Shown here: positions 25,447 through 34,971 of the stretch, piece by piece
Numbering within the stretch: the first letter of the stretch is position 1
Layout of the letters: every line of letters begins with the position of its first letter
Source: Candidatus Pacearchaeota archaeon
GTDB lineage: Archaea; Nanobdellota; Nanobdellia; Pacearchaeales; GW2011-AR1
Reading direction: 5' to 3'
DNA: 64,000 nt
Assembly: GCA_019659125.1 (NCBI GenBank)
Contig: JAIFVX010000003.1
Location: 807 to 64,806, forward strand
Notes under the pieces: generated by a model
Told to the model about the DNA's origin: nothing
The model's database searches: none
Seen by the model: only the letters and a program-made list of their open reading frames with translations
Program-made: the position numbers and the translations under genes

Positions 25447-25471
25447 TTCAGCTATCCTTATACAACAATAC

Positions 25472-25479
25472 TTATAAAT
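25472..25479 (+). promoter_or_regulatory. TATA-like box for ftsZ
   Basis: ttataaat is centred ~25 nt upstream of ATG 25500. Confidence 0.45.
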
Positions 25480-25499
25480 CACCTGCGCTTGCTGTAGCG

Positions 25500-26585
25500 A
25501 TGGCTGAAATATTTATAGAAAGAGATACCTCGTCCAATGAGATGGACCATGAACTTGAGACATTGCTCCAGAAACAATCGGCAAGAATCAAAGTTGTTGG
25601 ATGCGGCGGTGGAGGAGGAAATTCTGTTTCTAGAATGAAGGAGATTGGGATAAAGGGATGCGAAATCGTCGCAATCAATACCGACGCACAAGACCTTTTA
25701 TACAGCACTGCTGACGCTAAAATTCTTATCGGTCGAGAGTTAACACATGGACTCGGCGCGGGAAGCAATCCGAAAATAGGAGAGCAGGCTGCACGAGAAT
25801 CTGAACAAGAAATAAAAAAGAAATTGGGGGAGGTAGACATGGTGTTCATCACGTGCGGACTTGGCGGAGGAACTGGAACAGGGTCTGCTCCCGTTGTTGC
25901 AGAAATCGCAAAGAAAATGGGGGCACTTACCATTGGGGTTGTTACATTGCCTTTCACTGTTGAAGGCCAGAAAAGAATCGAGAATGCTCAATATGGACTA
26001 GAAAGAATGGCCTCAGTCACCGATACATTAATTGTCATTCCTAATGACAAATTACTTGAGATTGCCCCTGAGCTGCCTATTCACACTGCGTTCAAGGTTG
26101 CTGACGAGATCCTGACTAATTCGGTGAAGGGGATAACTGAACTTGTCACGAAGGCTGGACTTGTCAATTTGGATTTTGCTGATATAAAGGCCGTGATGGC
26201 AAATGGAGGTGTCTCCCTGATTGGTATCGGAGAATCTGACTCTAAGGACCGGGCAAAAGAGGCTGTTGAGCGAGCCATTAACAATCCGTTGCTTGATGTC
26301 GATATTACTAACGCCTCTGGTGCGTTGGTGAACATCATTGGAGGCCCTGACATGTCTTTGGATGAGTATAGGAAAGTCATGGAAGTTGTCGGAAGCAAAG
26401 TCGCTCCTGATGCAAAAATAATCTCTGGAGCGCAAATATCTGCCGATATGGAAAAGGCCATCAAGGTTTTGCTTATCGTAACTGGGGTAAAAAGCTCACA
26501 AATCCTTGGCTCTTCTACCGAGCTGACAGGAAAACAGCAGGAAGAGCTTGAAGAGGAACTCGGTATAGACTTTGTAGAGGAATAG
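25500..26585 (+). CDS. ftsZ: Cell division protein FtsZ
   Basis: [13 protein letters not shown] tubulin signature, NTDAQDL, acidic C-terminal tail. Confidence 0.95.
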   Translation: MAEIFIERDTSSNEMDHELETLLQKQSARIKVVGCGGGGGNSVSRMKEIGIKGCEIVAINTDAQDLLYSTADAKILIGRELTHGLGAGSNPKIGEQAARESEQEIKKKLGEVDMVFITCGLGGGTGTGSAPVVAEIAKKMGALTIGVVTLPFTVEGQKRIENAQYGLERMASVTDTLIVIPNDKLLEIAPELPIHTAFKVADEILTNSVKGITELVTKAGLVNLDFADIKAVMANGGVSLIGIGESDSKDRAKEAVERAINNPLLDVDITNASGALVNIIGGPDMSLDEYRKVMEVVGSKVAPDAKIISGAQISADMEKAIKVLLIVTGVKSSQILGSSTELTGKQQEELEEELGIDFVEE

Positions 26586-26614
26586 TTTAAAAACTCGTTC
26601 TTATTATTTCAATC

Positions 26615-26803
26615 ATGGAAATCACAGGCAAGGCAAGGTCGTTCTTTGTTCAATGTGTGCGTGTCTGGCACCTGCTTAGAAAGCCAAGCGCATACGAATT
26701 CAAGAGTGTCGCAAAGATTTCTGCACTTGGAGTGCTTGCCATTGGTGCCCTGGGTTTCATAGTTTCTGATATCCTTAGGATTGCAGGCAAGATCGCCGCC
26801 TAG
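26615..26803 (+). CDS. secE: Protein translocase subunit SecE (Sec61 gamma)
   Basis: 62 aa with a single C-terminal TM. Positioned before the L1-L10-L12 genes. TATA-like box at 26586-26595. Confidence 0.7.
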   Translation: MEITGKARSFFVQCVRVWHLLRKPSAYEFKSVAKISALGVLAIGALGFIVSDILRIAGKIAA

Positions 26804-26838
26804 AAAAATTTATATTCTAGTGCTGATGATATCGAGCC

Positions 26839-27192
26839 ATGAATCACCTCGAATTACCTCGTCTTATGAATAATATGGCTAATTCTAATGATATTCTTAT
26901 CGAACATTTTCTGAAGCAAAAAGGCATTGTACCTAGTAAGATGTTGGGTGAAAAGATAAATCAGCTCGAAAAAGAGCTAAAGGTGATTAATCTTCCATTT
27001 GATGGCGAGCACCTTATACAAAGTCTAAGGCGACTCAACGATTATTGGATCATAGTCAAGCATGGTTTTGAGATACTAAATGTTCCCTTCGCATATGTAA
27101 AAGAAGGAGTGGTAACTAAATTTGACGAAGAATTAATAAATACATTAACTTCTGAATTTACAGAAAATCAAGGGAAACTTATGCAAATCTAA
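26839..27192 (+). CDS. Hypothetical protein
   Basis: ORF only. Own TATA-like box at 26806-26815. Confidence 0.35.
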   Translation: MNHLELPRLMNNMANSNDILIEHFLKQKGIVPSKMLGEKINQLEKELKVINLPFDGEHLIQSLRRLNDYWIIVKHGFEILNVPFAYVKEGVVTKFDEELINTLTSEFTENQGKLMQI

Positions 27193-27213
27193 CAATTTAT
27201 ATGATGCAGAAAG

Positions 27214-27223
27214 GTTTAAAAAC
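27214..27223 (+). promoter_or_regulatory. TATA-like box of the L1-L10-L12 operon
   Basis: aaaggtttaaaaac. Predicts a TSS near 27245 and a ~60-nt leader, unlike most genes here. Confidence 0.4.
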
Positions 27224-27307
27224 AGTTTTTCTATGAGGATATATCGCTAAAACTACATACTTTGAGCCTGATATTCTAGGGTTCGAGGTCATAAGGTAGG
27301 AGATACA

Positions 27308-27925
27308 ATGGAACTGAAAGAAGCACTACACGAGTTGAGAAAGGAAGAGAAGAGAAAGTTCGACCAAAGCGTTGACGTAATTGTAAATCTTAAGGGCATC
27401 GATCTAAAGCGAGACAATCTTTCAACTATCATCACCATCCCTCATATTGTAAAAGAAAAAAAAGTGTGCGCATTCCTGACAAAAAAGGCAACAGGGATAA
27501 CAACGGTAACGCAACCAGACTTCCAGAAATATAAAGATAAGAAGACTCTTAAGAATTTAGTGAAAAGCTATGACTTTTTTATTGCAGCTGCGCCACTCAT
27601 GCCGGCTGTCGCCACAACGTTCGGTAAAATCCTTGGGCCAGCAGGAAAAATGCCGTCACCACAACTTGGAATTATTACCCATGAAGATGAGGCAACTATC
27701 AAGGGAATTGTCGGAAAGATCTCTCAATCGGTCAAGATACGAGTGAAAGAGCCTAGCGTGAAGGTAAGTATTGGAAAGGAAAGTATGACTGATGAGAAGA
27801 TCATGGAGAATATTCGAGCAGTCTATCATGGATTGGTGGCCATTCTCCCAACGAAGAAAGAAAACGTTCGATCCGTCATGGTAAAGTTGACTATGAGCAA
27901 GCCGCTCAAGGTGGACATAAAATGA
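27308..27925 (+). CDS. rpl1: Ribosomal protein L1
   Basis: FDQSVDVIVNLKGIDLK ... GKILGPAGKMPSP, typical of uL1. Confidence 0.9.
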   Translation: MELKEALHELRKEEKRKFDQSVDVIVNLKGIDLKRDNLSTIITIPHIVKEKKVCAFLTKKATGITTVTQPDFQKYKDKKTLKNLVKSYDFFIAAAPLMPAVATTFGKILGPAGKMPSPQLGIITHEDEATIKGIVGKISQSVKIRVKEPSVKVSIGKESMTDEKIMENIRAVYHGLVAILPTKKENVRSVMVKLTMSKPLKVDIK

Positions 27926-28743
27926 AATTACAAATGAAGAAGACCATGCGAGAGAAGGAAATTCCTGAGTACAAGGTAAAATTGGTTTCTGATATTGCAC
28001 AGAAAATCAAGAACGCCAAGACAGTTCTTATTGCATCAACAAAAAATCTTCCCAGCTCACAGTTCCATGAGATCAAAAAGAACCTGAGAGGCAAGGCAGA
28101 GATCAGCGTTGCCAAGAAATCTATTGTTATTCGTGCTATCGAGAAGTCTGGAAAGGCTGCCCTTCAACCTCTTAAGGAAACCATCGGTGCTGACGTCGCA
28201 CTCTTCTTCTCAGATATGGATCCTTTCTCCCTCTCAGGATTGTTAACTGACAGCCAGAGCGCTGCAAAGGCAAAGGCCGGAGACATAGCTCCTGAAGACA
28301 TTCATGTAGAACCTCAGCCTACGGACCTTGTTCCTGGACCTGCTATTTCAGAGCTTGCAGGTGTTGGACTAAAAGTCGCTGTTGAAGGTGGAAAACTAGC
28401 CATCAAGCAGCCACATACGATTGCAAAAGCAGGAGATGTCATCAAGGAAAATGTCGCTAGCGTTATGGCTAAACTAGGAATCACCCCTATGAAGGTTGGA
28501 TTTGAGCCTATTGCAGCATATGATGCAGATGCCGATAAGGTGTATGTAGGAATCAAGATCGACAAGAAGGCAGCCTTGGATGAGCTGCGAGATTCTATCA
28601 AGAAAGCTCTTGGCTTTGCTATCAACATGAAGATAGTCATCAAGGAGACTCTCTCATATTTCCTTGCTAAGGCTGCTATGGAAGAGAAAGCGATGGAATC
28701 ATTAACTCACAAACATCATAGTCATCAGGAGGCATCCGCATGA
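27922..28743 (+). CDS. rpl10: Ribosomal stalk protein P0 (L10), short, without the conserved C-terminal tail
   Basis: IPEYKVKLVSDIAQKIKNAKTVLIAS...PSSQFHEIKKNLRG. Ends ...LTHKHHSHQEASA instead of an acidic ...GLxALFG tail. Confidence 0.85.
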   Translation: MKLQMKKTMREKEIPEYKVKLVSDIAQKIKNAKTVLIASTKNLPSSQFHEIKKNLRGKAEISVAKKSIVIRAIEKSGKAALQPLKETIGADVALFFSDMDPFSLSGLLTDSQSAAKAKAGDIAPEDIHVEPQPTDLVPGPAISELAGVGLKVAVEGGKLAIKQPHTIAKAGDVIKENVASVMAKLGITPMKVGFEPIAAYDADADKVYVGIKIDKKAALDELRDSIKKALGFAINMKIVIKETLSYFLAKAAMEEKAMESLTHKHHSHQEASA

Positions 28744-28952
28744 CTCTAATATTAGACGATAATGACTTACTAAGAGCTCATTTAGCAGGAGAGGAAGTAA
28801 CTTTTAGCTTGCCTATCTCACGTACTGCAGAAGGTAACTATACGTTCTCGGGAAGAGTCGGAAGAAGAGAGTACATATCTACTCTCAATGAAGAAACCTA
28901 TCAAAGACTATTCAGAGAATTGTCACATTTTAAATCACGGGAGGCTAAATAA
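28740..28952 (+). CDS. Hypothetical 70-aa protein embedded in the stalk operon
   Basis: ATGA overlap with the P0 stop and TAATG overlap with the P1 start. Confidence 0.45.
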   Translation: MTLILDDNDLLRAHLAGEEVTFSLPISRTAEGNYTFSGRVGRREYISTLNEETYQRLFRELSHFKSREAK

Positions 28953-29239
28953 TGGAATACATATACGGTGCCCTTTTATTGCACAAGCTTGGGCAACCTG
29001 TTGACGAGGCACACTTGCATAAAGTGATATCTGCTACAGGAGCACACGTTGATGAAGCAAAGATAAAGACGCTTATTGCAAGTTTGCACGGCGTTGATAT
29101 CGCAGCTGAGCTAGCAAACGCAAGCGCAGTCAGCTTATCAGCAGGCGCAGCACCAGCACACGCAGCTGAGAAGAAGGAAGAGAAGAAGGAAGAAAAACCA
29201 GTTGAATCTGCTGCAGGTCTTAGCGCACTCTTCGGATAA
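28952..29239 (+). CDS. rpl12: Ribosomal stalk protein P1 (L12)
   Basis: MEYIYGALLLH... EKKEEKKEEKPVESAAGLSALFG. Confidence 0.9.
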   Translation: MEYIYGALLLHKLGQPVDEAHLHKVISATGAHVDEAKIKTLIASLHGVDIAAELANASAVSLSAGAAPAHAAEKKEEKKEEKPVESAAGLSALFG

Positions 29240-29302
29240 TTCTATTATTTAGTTATCCGAAGGTAGCCAAGATAGTAGTGGTAGCTTAGAAAATTCTAAA
29301 GG

Positions 29303-29310
29303 TTTATAAG
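29303..29310 (+). promoter_or_regulatory. TATA-like box for tRNA-Ser
   Basis: aaaggtttataag is centred ~27 nt upstream of the tRNA 5' end. Confidence 0.5.
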
Positions 29311-29332
29311 TCATAATTCTAGATAGTCTTAT

Positions 29333-29414
29333 GCCCGGATGGCACAATGGTACTGCGCTGGTCTTGAGAACCAGTTTCCCTCGGGATATCCCGGTTCGAT
29401 TCCGGGTCCGGGCG
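29333..29414 (+). tRNA. tRNA-Ser (anticodon UGA), long variable arm
   Basis: Hand-folded 82 nt: acceptor GCCCGGA/TCCGGGC, anticodon stem CTGGT/ACCAG with loop CTTGAGA, 15-nt variable arm, T arm CCCGG-TTCGATT-CCGGG, G73. Followed by TTTT. Confidence 0.85.
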
Positions 29415-29457
29415 TTTTAGAAAGGTTTAAAGGCACTCTCCTATTATAAGGTAAAAG

Positions 29458-29859
29458 ATGGAAATCGGGGTAGTACCTGTTATCCGCACATTGTATCCTT
29501 ACTATAGAAAGTACTTTCCTTTTTCACATACGATTGATCTTAGCGGTTCGGCATACGCATTCAATAAGGAAAACCCCATCATTGAAGTACATGGAAAATT
29601 AGATCATAAGAATGTCTCTTTTTTTATGCGCGACCTTTCCGCTCGAATAACCTATCCACTCGTTCTCGTCAACCTTTCGGCTAAGAGCGAAGTCGACATG
29701 AGCTTTGTAGCTTCTATCATCGATTACCTGAGACATCGTCCGGATGTGGATGTAGGAATCTACGGGAAGACTGGAATTTTTCAGGTTGCAAAACTTACAG
29801 GAATGCGACCACGATTGCGCATCGGTGGAAGCTTAGAAGAGGTCTTAGCCGCCAAATAG
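29458..29859 (+). CDS. Hypothetical protein
   Basis: ORF with a TATA-like box at 29424-29433. Family not recognised. Confidence 0.4.
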   Translation: MEIGVVPVIRTLYPYYRKYFPFSHTIDLSGSAYAFNKENPIIEVHGKLDHKNVSFFMRDLSARITYPLVLVNLSAKSEVDMSFVASIIDYLRHRPDVDVGIYGKTGIFQVAKLTGMRPRLRIGGSLEEVLAAK

Positions 29860-30108
29860 GCGCTTCCAGAATGACACCTTTTCCACTTTAGGCTCGACAA
29901 GCTCATAATTGATGGTTGCCTTTGCCCGCAGGATAGGGGCTTCATTAGCAAGCTTCTCATCTGCTAACCTGAGTGCGTTCTCAACCTCAATCTTAGAATA
30001 GCCTTGGTTGATAAGTGCCCACTTGAGAGATTCTTTCGTGTATCCTTTCTTAAGATTTTTTCGAAGATACTCGACAAGCTCATCCATATAATTTTTCTTT
30101 TTATGCAT
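29845..30108 (-). CDS. Small protein sharing its N-terminal domain with 488..868
   Basis: ELVEYLRKNLKKGYTKESLKWALINQGYSKIEVENAL versus EILAGLKNAMERGSSVDDAVNSFINAGYNAMEVREAA. Confidence 0.45.
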   Translation of the reverse strand: MHKKKNYMDELVEYLRKNLKKGYTKESLKWALINQGYSKIEVENALRLADEKLANEAPILRAKATINYELVEPKVEKVSFWKRLFGG

Positions 30109-30139
30109 GCATTATTGAAAGAGTGAGGATATATAAAAA

Positions 30140-31609
30140 TTACGAAACGACAATTGGATTCACAAGATGATACAGCATGAACCCTTCCCTGAGCTTCTCG
30201 GCAGATGCAGAGTAGAGTGTGAGGAGGGGGGTGCCATGGGCAAACTTTTCATTTTTATGCTTATAGAGATAGATGCCAGAACCCTTGTCAACTGGGCATC
30301 CAAGGACTTTTGCAATGCTGTTGATGAGCTTGTTGTCGATGCTCTTTATCTTTCCTGGCTTGGGTGCATAGATCGTTTTTGCATACGGCGCAGGCTGTAG
30401 GTCCTTGATCGACCCACCTTGGGCTTCGATAATCTCCTTGAATTTTTCGAATGCCTGACCAGAACGTAAAATCTGTTGAGCCATAGATCTCCCTTGTCCT
30501 TTTTTTGCCTTACCAACCATCTCAAGCAGCCTGCCTGCAACAACAAGACTTTTGCTCTCCAAATCAGCAGGAGGATGGTCTTGCTTGAGGACTTTGAGGA
30601 CATCAATCATCTCGAGGATAGGGCCGATACCATTACCAATAGGCTGATCACCAAGCGTAAGAAGCACCTCCACTTTAACTCTGAAGTGCTTGCCAAGAGC
30701 AATAAACTTTTTCTTGAGCTTATTCCCTTCAGCTAGCGTTACCTTTGCGCCAAATCCGTAGGGGATATCGATAAGTACATACTTGCTTCCGACTGCAAGC
30801 TTCTTTGCAAAGATCGAGGCAAGAAGCTGAGATTCAGGATCGATGTTTAAAATTCTCTCTATCCTAATAATCTTGTCATCGGCAGGTGCCAGACCAAGAG
30901 AACCTCCCCATGCAAGGCATGCACCCACACTTTTGACAATCTTCTGCAACTCCGATGCAGGAAAATCTACTGGGGAGAGAGTTTCAATGACGTCGGCAGT
31001 TCCTGCCGCACTCGTGATTGCTCTGGACGATGTCTTAGGAATGATAAGTTCTGCCGCTGCACAGATAGGGACGACAATTGGCGTTGTCCTATTTCCCGGA
31101 ATCCCACCGATACAATGCTTGTCGGCAACTAATGATTGCTTCCATGAAAGAATAGTTCCTGTTTGATAGATTGCCTCTGTAAGGTGAAGGGTTTCTTGCC
31201 AGTTCATCCCATGCTCATACACTGCAGATATGAAATAGGCTATCTCGGTCTCTGTAAGGGAATTATCGATAATATCTCTAATTATTGAAAATATCTCATC
31301 ACGGTTCAATACCTTGCCTTGGACTTTCTTTGCGATGAAATGCGCACTCTTTGGCTCATGGGCAAGGCTCACATGGACAAAATCCCGAGCCTTTATTTTC
31401 AAAAGGTGAGTGATATCGTCAGAAAGAGAAATCTCATGGACTTTTATGAATCCCTTGACGACATCAACAATGGCAATGATCTTTCCCGAGTGATAGACTA
31501 TCTCTATCCTCTCGCCAGGGTGTACGTTCAATTCCTTTGCGTCGTCCTCGTGGAGGAATGCGACTGGCCTTCCTGCTCCGAGTGAGATATTTCTTAGTTG
31601 TAGCCTCAT
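30140..31609 (-). CDS. deoA: AMP phosphorylase (archaeal thymidine phosphorylase family)
   Basis: Extra N-terminal domain (MRLQLRNISLGAGRPVAFLHEDDAKEL) and DKHCIGGIPGNRTTPIV. Confidence 0.8.
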   Translation of the reverse strand: MRLQLRNISLGAGRPVAFLHEDDAKELNVHPGERIEIVYHSGKIIAIVDVVKGFIKVHEISLSDDITHLLKIKARDFVHVSLAHEPKSAHFIAKKVQGKVLNRDEIFSIIRDIIDNSLTETEIAYFISAVYEHGMNWQETLHLTEAIYQTGTILSWKQSLVADKHCIGGIPGNRTTPIVVPICAAAELIIPKTSSRAITSAAGTADVIETLSPVDFPASELQKIVKSVGACLAWGGSLGLAPADDKIIRIERILNIDPESQLLASIFAKKLAVGSKYVLIDIPYGFGAKVTLAEGNKLKKKFIALGKHFRVKVEVLLTLGDQPIGNGIGPILEMIDVLKVLKQDHPPADLESKSLVVAGRLLEMVGKAKKGQGRSMAQQILRSGQAFEKFKEIIEAQGGSIKDLQPAPYAKTIYAPKPGKIKSIDNKLINSIAKVLGCPVDKGSGIYLYKHKNEKFAHGTPLLTLYSASAEKLREGFMLYHLVNPIVVS

Positions 31610-31645
31610 TTTTTCATGGAAGACGGTCGGTATTTTTATAGTTTC

Positions 31646-32674
31646 TTATTCTGCAAAAAGACTTGCTAGTGTCTTCTCTTTATATGCCCTTAAGAATGTG
31701 GTGAAATATGCAAGAATCAAAGGCCCTATAATGAGACCTAAGGCTCCAAAAATGAACAGTCCTCCAATCATTCCAACCATGACGACTGCGGGAGAGATAT
31801 CGGCCTTCCTCGATACGATGTATGAGCGCAGGATGTTGTCCACGGTTGATACTATAATAAGGTTATATGCCAGATACAAAGCCCCGGCAGTATTATTGCC
31901 CGCCGCAAACATATAAACTGTGATAGGCAACCAGACAATTCCTGGCCCTACAAAGGGTATGATCGAGAAGACTATCGCAACTACAGTAAGGATGATAGCA
32001 TTCTGTACGCCAAAAATAAGGAATCCAAGACCTGCAAACATTCCTTGGACAAGTCCTACAATAACCTGGCCGTAAATGAGAGAGTCTGTAATGCCTTTGA
32101 ACTGAGCGATCATCACCTTTTCCTGGTTCTTATGAAGAGGAGATATTGCCGATACCATATCTCTCAGCTTATCTGAATCACGCAGCGTGAAGAAAAAGAC
32201 AAATGCCACGATGAAGAACTGCAAGGCTATGGTGGGGATATTAATGAGCCAGTCAGTCAGCGAGTTAAGCGTCGCTGATGTTGCTTTACCTATAATAGAT
32301 GATACTGTAATAGTAAGCTGGGCTATGAATGGCTCTGGTGCTGTTGAAAATAATGCCTGAACAAATTTCTGAACATCAAGCGTCTGCGTAAACTTAAAGA
32401 TCTCGAAAATCTGCTGGACCATGATAGGGACAAGGAACCACAACGGGATGACGATAAATGCTACAATAACAAGCGAAACAAGCGCTGCAGCTGTGTTTTT
32501 TTCTCGGACATAGCGCAATGTCCTCCTATAGAGTGGAAAAAAGACATATCCCAGGATAAGTCCCGCAATAACTGAAAGCAATACTGGCTTGACTACGATA
32601 AAGACGAGAATTCCCAGGAGCACTATCATCAGAATGACTAAAAGTCTTCGTATTTCCTTATCTCCAAAATCCAT
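31646..32674 (-). CDS. AI-2E family transporter (PerM/UPF0118)
   Basis: Polytopic, 342 aa. IPFVGPGIVWLP and DNILRSYIVSRK motifs. Confidence 0.7.
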   Translation of the reverse strand: MDFGDKEIRRLLVILMIVLLGILVFIVVKPVLLSVIAGLILGYVFFPLYRRTLRYVREKNTAAALVSLVIVAFIVIPLWFLVPIMVQQIFEIFKFTQTLDVQKFVQALFSTAPEPFIAQLTITVSSIIGKATSATLNSLTDWLINIPTIALQFFIVAFVFFFTLRDSDKLRDMVSAISPLHKNQEKVMIAQFKGITDSLIYGQVIVGLVQGMFAGLGFLIFGVQNAIILTVVAIVFSIIPFVGPGIVWLPITVYMFAAGNNTAGALYLAYNLIIVSTVDNILRSYIVSRKADISPAVVMVGMIGGLFIFGALGLIIGPLILAYFTTFLRAYKEKTLASLFAE

Positions 32675-32755
32675 GGGTAGAGAGAGAAAGATTACTATAT
32701 AAATTTTGATATATAAACCGAAAAAGTTTATAAAGAAATTTTTTCTATAGATAGA

Positions 32756-33409
32756 ATGGAAAACTTCATCAAAAAAGTATTAGAGGGCAAGGGAGATGAT
32801 GACAGTCATCGTTATTTCGTAAGGTTCGGTAAAGGAGATTATGCCCGAAGATTCCTCATAAGTATGACTAAAGGTTCAAAAATAAAAGTAAAAGCCAGCT
32901 TTGAGCTTGCTAATGATCTTGTCCGGTTTGTCCGAGATATTGGAAATGTAAAGTTTTCAGGAAAAGTTCTTTCCAAAGACAAGGTTGAGGGCATAGAGGG
33001 AAGGAAAAAGGCAGGTGTTTTTGTCTATGAAGTTTCTGACTCCTCACTTCATGAGTTTCATAGCGCTTATTATTACCTTGTTGATGCCAATAATGGCGAT
33101 ATAGTACTAAAGATTAAGAAGAGTCTTCCTAAACCTGGAAAGAATGAAGAGAAGATTGATGATAAATTCTGCTCTCTTGAGGTTCCAGAAAAGCATTGGC
33201 ATGATCTGAAGCAAGCGTTCTTCTGGGATGCTCCCGAAGGCAAAAAGATTTCCATTGCTCATGAATTAAAGATACGTGATATTGTCTTTCCACGAGACGA
33301 GAAGGATCCTGTCAAGATACGCGAGAAGGCAAAGAGGAAAGGAACACTCGTCAGGGCAATAACGGTCGACGGCAATGAAACCAAACGTGACTACCCTCTC
33401 GAAGGCTAG
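32756..33409 (+). CDS. Hypothetical protein
   Basis: ORF with TATA-like gtttataaag at 32727-32736. Soluble, Lys-rich. Confidence 0.4.
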   Translation: MENFIKKVLEGKGDDDSHRYFVRFGKGDYARRFLISMTKGSKIKVKASFELANDLVRFVRDIGNVKFSGKVLSKDKVEGIEGRKKAGVFVYEVSDSSLHEFHSAYYYLVDANNGDIVLKIKKSLPKPGKNEEKIDDKFCSLEVPEKHWHDLKQAFFWDAPEGKKISIAHELKIRDIVFPRDEKDPVKIREKAKRKGTLVRAITVDGNETKRDYPLEG

Positions 33410-33945
33410 TATTCAAGCCCCTTTCTCGCTAGAATTCCCTTATCATAGGGATGTTTTACTTTCTTTATCTCAGTAACGAGGTCAGCAAGCTCAAAGATGT
33501 TTGGAAAGGGCTTATGTGATCCTGTCAGAATGAGCTCTTTCCCTTTAGGCTTTTCCTTGATTAAGGTGAGAACATCTTCTTCCTGAAGGAGGCCAAGTTG
33601 TACCGCATAGAGAATTTCGTCAGCGATGATGATATCATTCTCCTTGTCAAAGCATGAACGAAGATAGTCATATGCCTCTTTTACCTTCTCTATATGCTCC
33701 TCACTTGGCTTGCCAATGATCCATGAGCCTGTTCCAAATCGCTTGAATGAGAAATTCGGGAATTTTTCCAATGCTCTCAGCTCTCCAGGGTAATCTATCT
33801 CGGGATCGCCGGTGCCGTTCTTCATGAACTGTACCATATGTACCGTATAACCATTACCACATGCTCGCACTGCAGTCCCTAAGGCTGAGGTTGTCTTGCC
33901 TTTCCCATTGCCCCAAAATACCTGCACCATACCTGGTTTGTCCAT
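33406..33945 (-). CDS. Cob(I)yrinic acid a,c-diamide adenosyltransferase (CobA/CobO/BtuR type)
   Basis: VFWGNGKGKTTSALG P-loop, ...IIADEILYAV..., ...VTEIKKVKHPYDKG. Confidence 0.75.
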   Translation of the reverse strand: MDKPGMVQVFWGNGKGKTTSALGTAVRACGNGYTVHMVQFMKNGTGDPEIDYPGELRALEKFPNFSFKRFGTGSWIIGKPSEEHIEKVKEAYDYLRSCFDKENDIIIADEILYAVQLGLLQEEDVLTLIKEKPKGKELILTGSHKPFPNIFELADLVTEIKKVKHPYDKGILARKGLEY

Positions 33946-34039
33946 GCTTTTCTAACGATTATAAGTTTAAAGTAATTTGGATAGTCCGAGATAAGCTTTA
34001 TATATAGTCATTTCTATGAACATCCGTTAGTATGTTGTT

Positions 34040-34225
34040 ATGAATATTCATAGTAAAAAGATAGTGCAATACATCTCCAAAGAAGAGGTAGTAACTAGTT
34101 CTGAAATAGCAAAACTTTTGAAGGTCTCATGGAATACTGCTGAGAAATATCTTCTTGAACTTCTTATCGAGGGAAAAGTCAGGCGTATAAAAAAAGAGGG
34201 GGTTAACATATGGCTCGGAAAATGA
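34040..34225 (+). CDS. Small winged-helix DNA-binding protein
   Basis: 61 aa. VTSSEIAKLLKVSWNTAEKYLLELLIEGKVRRI. Confidence 0.55.
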   Translation: MNIHSKKIVQYISKEEVVTSSEIAKLLKVSWNTAEKYLLELLIEGKVRRIKKEGVNIWLGK

Positions 34226-34971
34226 AACGGGGGCAGATGGCGATATGGATTATCCTCGCCATTGTGTTAGTGGGGACAATGATCTTGTTCTTCACCGTCG
34301 AAAGAAAGGTAAACACGACGCAACCAGAGATACTCAGCCCTGAACTTCAAGTCAGGCAATGCACCAAGGAGGCAGTGAATTCCGTTCTTGCACAAACGCT
34401 TCCGCATGGAGGATTTGTCGAGCCGAGAAATACAAAGCTCTACAAGGGAATCAATATATCTTACCTATGCGACAACATAGGATTCTACAAGCCTTGCATC
34501 AATCAGCATCCTCTTCTCATCAAGGAAATGAACGCTGAGATCAAGGAGAAGATCACCCCTGAACTTCAGACATGCTTCTCTATTATTGATGGAGATTATG
34601 CCTCTCGAAATGCGGAGTTGGAGACTGGTCCATTAAGCTTTGATGTGAGACTCGCTCCTGGAAGAGTGTATGTAGATATCAATAGAAGTATGACTATTAC
34701 ACAGAGAGGATCAAGCAGGACATTCTCATCATACCAGGTTGAAATCCCTAGCCCTGCATATGATCTTGGCTCTATCGCTTCAGAGATTGCAAGTCAGGAA
34801 GCAAAATACTGCTACTTTGAGTATGTTGGATACATGCTTCTTTACCCTTCATTCAGGATATCAAAGACAGCATTACCTGATTCCACTAAGATTTACACTA
34901 TCACTGACAAAAAATCAGGAGATGCTATGAATATCGCCATCAGGAGTTGTGCGATACCTCAAGGAATATGA
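34222..34971 (+). CDS. Type IV pilin-like protein (class III signal), paralog of 38780..39586
   Basis: ATG 34222 forms an ATGA overlap with the wHTH stop (alternative ATG 34210). MKRGQ|MAIWIILAIVLVGTMILFF. Conserved Cys pattern shared with its paralog. Confidence 0.6.
   Translation: MKRGQMAIWIILAIVLVGTMILFFTVERKVNTTQPEILSPELQVRQCTKEAVNSVLAQTLPHGGFVEPRNTKLYKGINISYLCDNIGFYKPCINQHPLLIKEMNAEIKEKITPELQTCFSIIDGDYASRNAELETGPLSFDVRLAPGRVYVDINRSMTITQRGSSRTFSSYQVEIPSPAYDLGSIASEIASQEAKYCYFEYVGYMLLYPSFRISKTALPDSTKIYTITDKKSGDAMNIAIRSCAIPQGI

Noticed and set aside
25472-25957. 161-aa ORF antisense to ftsZ (and other antisense ORFs through 26464)
   Set aside because: FtsZ on the plus strand is unambiguous. 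The antisense products are Pro/Ser-rich nonsense.
27262-27290. T-loop-like GGTTCGAGG in the L1 leader as a possible tRNA or tRNA-like element
   Set aside because: No acceptor, D or anticodon arms can be folded around it.
29333-29414. Possibility that the long-variable-arm tRNA is tRNA-Sec
   Set aside because: The anticodon loop CTTGAGA gives UGA (Ser), not UCA. The acceptor and T arms have standard 7/5 geometry.
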